27,670 nucleotides of DNA from a virus (lineage: Duplodnaviria; Caudoviricetes), in IMG/VR virus record IMGVR_UViG_3300044676_002910, positions 1 through 27,670 of that record. One strand, written 5' to 3'. Positions 25,892 through 27,670 of the stretch are shown piece by piece (the stretch's first letter is position 1; every line of letters begins with the position of its first letter). A program made the position numbers and the translations under genes. Under the pieces are notes generated by a model. It was not told the origin of the DNA. It saw only the letters and a list, made by a program, of their open reading frames with translations, and searched no databases.

Positions 25892-26272
25892 ATGAAGGCT
25901 GAGAAGCTGCTAGAGCGGCTAGAAATGGTTAGAAAAACAGGCGCAGGCAAATGGATTGCCCGTTGTCCTGCTCATGATGATGGGACACCAAGTCTATCAG
26001 TAACTGAGATAGAAAACGGGAACCGAGTTTTAATCCATTGTCATGGGGGATGCGGGGCATTGGATATTCTGGAAAGCATAGGAATGGACTGGTCTGCGCT
26101 ATATCCAGATGAACAAGAGAGCTACCGACCTATGTGGCGGTCTAATACTGAGCAGAAAGCCATTGACGACATGATAATCGCCATTGCTCAGGCTAAACGT
26201 GACAAGGGTGAGCGGCTCAATGAGGTTGATAAGCAAGCCCTAATTCAAGCAAAGCTAAGGGCAATAGGATAA
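25892..26272 (+). CDS. Stand-alone primase-type zinc-finger (CHC2-like) protein
   Basis: WIARCPAHDDGTPSLSV...VLIHCHGGC motif. No TOPRIM domain follows. Confidence 0.82.
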   Translation: MKAEKLLERLEMVRKTGAGKWIARCPAHDDGTPSLSVTEIENGNRVLIHCHGGCGALDILESIGMDWSALYPDEQESYRPMWRSNTEQKAIDDMIIAIAQAKRDKGERLNEVDKQALIQAKLRAIG

Positions 26273-26312
26273 TTCGGACAAAAAAAGTAAATTTGTGTCC
26301 TAGACTTAGTTA

Positions 26313-26325
26313 AATCAATAGTTTA
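26313..26325 (+). promoter_or_regulatory. IHF binding site consensus
   Basis: AATCAATAGTTTA matches WATCAANNNNTTR, in the intergenic region upstream of the replication genes. Confidence 0.45.
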
Positions 26326-26435
26326 GGGGCATAAAAATCCCAGTTGGGATTTTATCATTCAATTTATGATAGGAACTGCAATTGCAGTTTTGTTGCGTTA
26401 ACTAGTTATCCAGCACAGCACTTGATATTATTTGT

Positions 26436-26523
26436 ATGCGCCTAGCTGCGGGTAGCTCCCGTAGTGAAAACAGCCATCTCTCCCTGCGGCGCATTCTAAT
26501 TGGAGAGACTTACCTGGAGAGAT
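26436..26523 (+). ncRNA. Candidate structured 5' leader of the replication initiator gene
   Basis: Outer stem ATGCGCC/GGCGCAT, inner stem CTGCGGG/CCCGTAG. Unpaired ATCTCTCC is complementary to the GGAGAGAT SD. TGaTATTAT extended -10 lies just upstream. Confidence 0.55.
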
Positions 26524-26524
26524 T

Positions 26525-27130
26525 ATGAACTTTTATCCGTTCCATATTGGCGATTTTAAATCGCACACAGACCACCTATCGCCGATTGAAGATATAACCT
26601 ACCGGCGGTTGCTGGATTATTACTATCTTCATGAAAAGCCATTGCCAGATGATGCCGAGTTTCTATCTAAGCGCATTAGGCTAGACGATACCCAAGCCAT
26701 TCAATATGTGCTTACTGAGTTCTTCACGCTAAATGGCGAGCACTGGCACAGTTCACGCGCCGATTCTGAAATTGCCAAGTACCAAGAGAAGTCTATCAAG
26801 GCCAGAGAATCAGCTAACAAGCGTTGGAAATCGGGTAGTAATGCGAACGCAATGCGAACGCATAGCGAAGGCAATGCTACCATTACCAATACCAATACCA
26901 ATACCATTACCAATACCAAAGGTTTTGTTAGGCCAAACCCTAATGAGGTTGAAGACTATGCACAGCACATAGGGTTCTCTCTTGACGGTAATCATTTTTG
27001 CGATTACTACGAGGCGCGAGGGTGGCAGCTAAATACAGGGCCAATGAAGGATTGGAAGGCAGCGGTTAGGACTTGGAAGAGGAATAAAAAAGACGATAAA
27101 GAATTTAAGCCAAGGGAAATAATAATATGA
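26525..27130 (+). CDS. Replication initiator, YdaU/DUF1376 family
   Basis: MNFYPFHIGDF..HT.HLS..E...YRRLLD.YY..EKPLP N-terminus and F.DYY...GW.....MKDWKAAVRTW C-terminus. Directly upstream of the helicase. Confidence 0.85.
   Translation: MNFYPFHIGDFKSHTDHLSPIEDITYRRLLDYYYLHEKPLPDDAEFLSKRIRLDDTQAIQYVLTEFFTLNGEHWHSSRADSEIAKYQEKSIKARESANKRWKSGSNANAMRTHSEGNATITNTNTNTITNTKGFVRPNPNEVEDYAQHIGFSLDGNHFCDYYEARGWQLNTGPMKDWKAAVRTWKRNKKDDKEFKPREIII
26840..26919 (+). repeat. Iteron-like repeats inside the initiator gene (candidate lambda-type origin)
   Basis: AATGCGAACGC x2 plus ATAGCGAAGGC and AATGCTACC at 11-bp period, then TACCAW x7 (26878-26919). Confidence 0.6.
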
Positions 27131-27670
27131 ACATCCCTCATAACGTGGATTTTAGAGACTACATCTCAATTATCGGGGAAGCCGAGGCCCAAGAGATACA
27201 CCACGCGGGATTCTGGAGAGAGCAGCTACATGAAAGGGCAAAGAACCTCGAATTGTCCGGTGACTTATTGCCCTGGAGCAAGGTAAGTCAGCACTTTAAG
27301 CTAAGGTCTGGCGAAGTGACATTGTGGGCCGGTATGAATGGTCACAAAAAATCAATGGTGTTAGGACAAGTCGCCCTATCGCTAATGTGTCAGGGTAAAA
27401 AGATTGCGATTGCCAGTTTGGAGATGAAGCCAGAGGAAACTCTGTGGAGGATGTGCCAACAAGCAGCAGGATTGACAGTAGGCCAACCAAGTCAGGAATT
27501 TATCAATACTTTCATGGACTTAGCTAATGAGCATCTGGTGATTTATGACCAGCTTGACTCAGTTAAGACTGAGAAAATATTGGGCTTTGTTAATTACTGC
27601 GGCCAAGTTTTAAAGTGTGACCACATCATGATTGATTCCCTAGCTAAGTGTGGCATTGGTGTGGAGAACC
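27127..27670 (+). CDS. SF4 (DnaB/T7 gp4-like) replicative helicase, truncated by the window end (not in the ORF track)
   Basis: MNIPHNVDF...LRSGEVTLWAGMNGHKKS (Walker A), IASLEM, HIMIDSL (Walker B). ATGA overlap with the initiator stop. Confidence 0.9.
   Translation, partial: MNIPHNVDFRDYISIIGEAEAQEIHHAGFWREQLHERAKNLELSGDLLPWSKVSQHFKLRSGEVTLWAGMNGHKKSMVLGQVALSLMCQGKKIAIASLEMKPEETLWRMCQQAAGLTVGQPSQEFINTFMDLANEHLVIYDQLDSVKTEKILGFVNYCGQVLKCDHIMIDSLAKCGIGVEN

Larger units (their letters stand above)
1..27670. mobile_element. Segment of a tailed dsDNA bacteriophage genome (podovirus-type morphogenesis module)
   Basis: Contiguous terminase-portal-scaffold-capsid-tail fibre-adaptor-nozzle-ejection gene order. 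No tape-measure or sheath gene. Phage replication and Nin-type genes. No host housekeeping genes. Confidence 0.96.

Noticed and set aside
26436-26494. tRNA gene (GGGTAGCTC resembles a D-arm start)
   Set aside because: There is no TTCRA T-loop, anticodon arm or cloverleaf. It is reported as a leader RNA instead.
24034-27490. Minus-strand ORFs in the early region as a hidden repressor gene
   Set aside because: All overlap better-supported plus-strand genes and none shows an HTH or peptidase S24 signature.

Overview
This window is most of the genome of a short-tailed (podovirus-like) dsDNA phage, probably aquatic. A long minus-strand late operon (23598 to 2517) runs small terminase, lysozyme, large terminase, portal, scaffold, major capsid protein, tail fibres and chaperone, holin, a Thr-rich (TG)41 protein, adaptor, nozzle and three ejection proteins. 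Plus-strand early/replication genes start at 24059: small ORFs, a primase Zn finger, a DUF1376/YdaU-type initiator and an SF4 helicase. More plus-strand genes occupy 177-2451: DUF3310, NinG, a GT2 glycosyltransferase and a PD-(D/E)XK nuclease. No integrase, CI-type repressor or DNA polymerase is visible. The most striking element is the ~460-bp non-coding gap between the divergent late and early operons. It holds an IHF consensus site, five perfect and two near-perfect DnaA boxes, and three gamma/betaproteobacterial LexA (SOS) boxes upstream of a sigma70-like early promoter, with a SymE/AbrB-like gene as second ORF. This suggests a control or origin hub run by host proteins. Two candidate structured RNAs with exposed anti-Shine-Dalgarno sequences are also present (2453-2512 and 26436-26523). 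All family calls come from motif recognition by eye; no searches were run.
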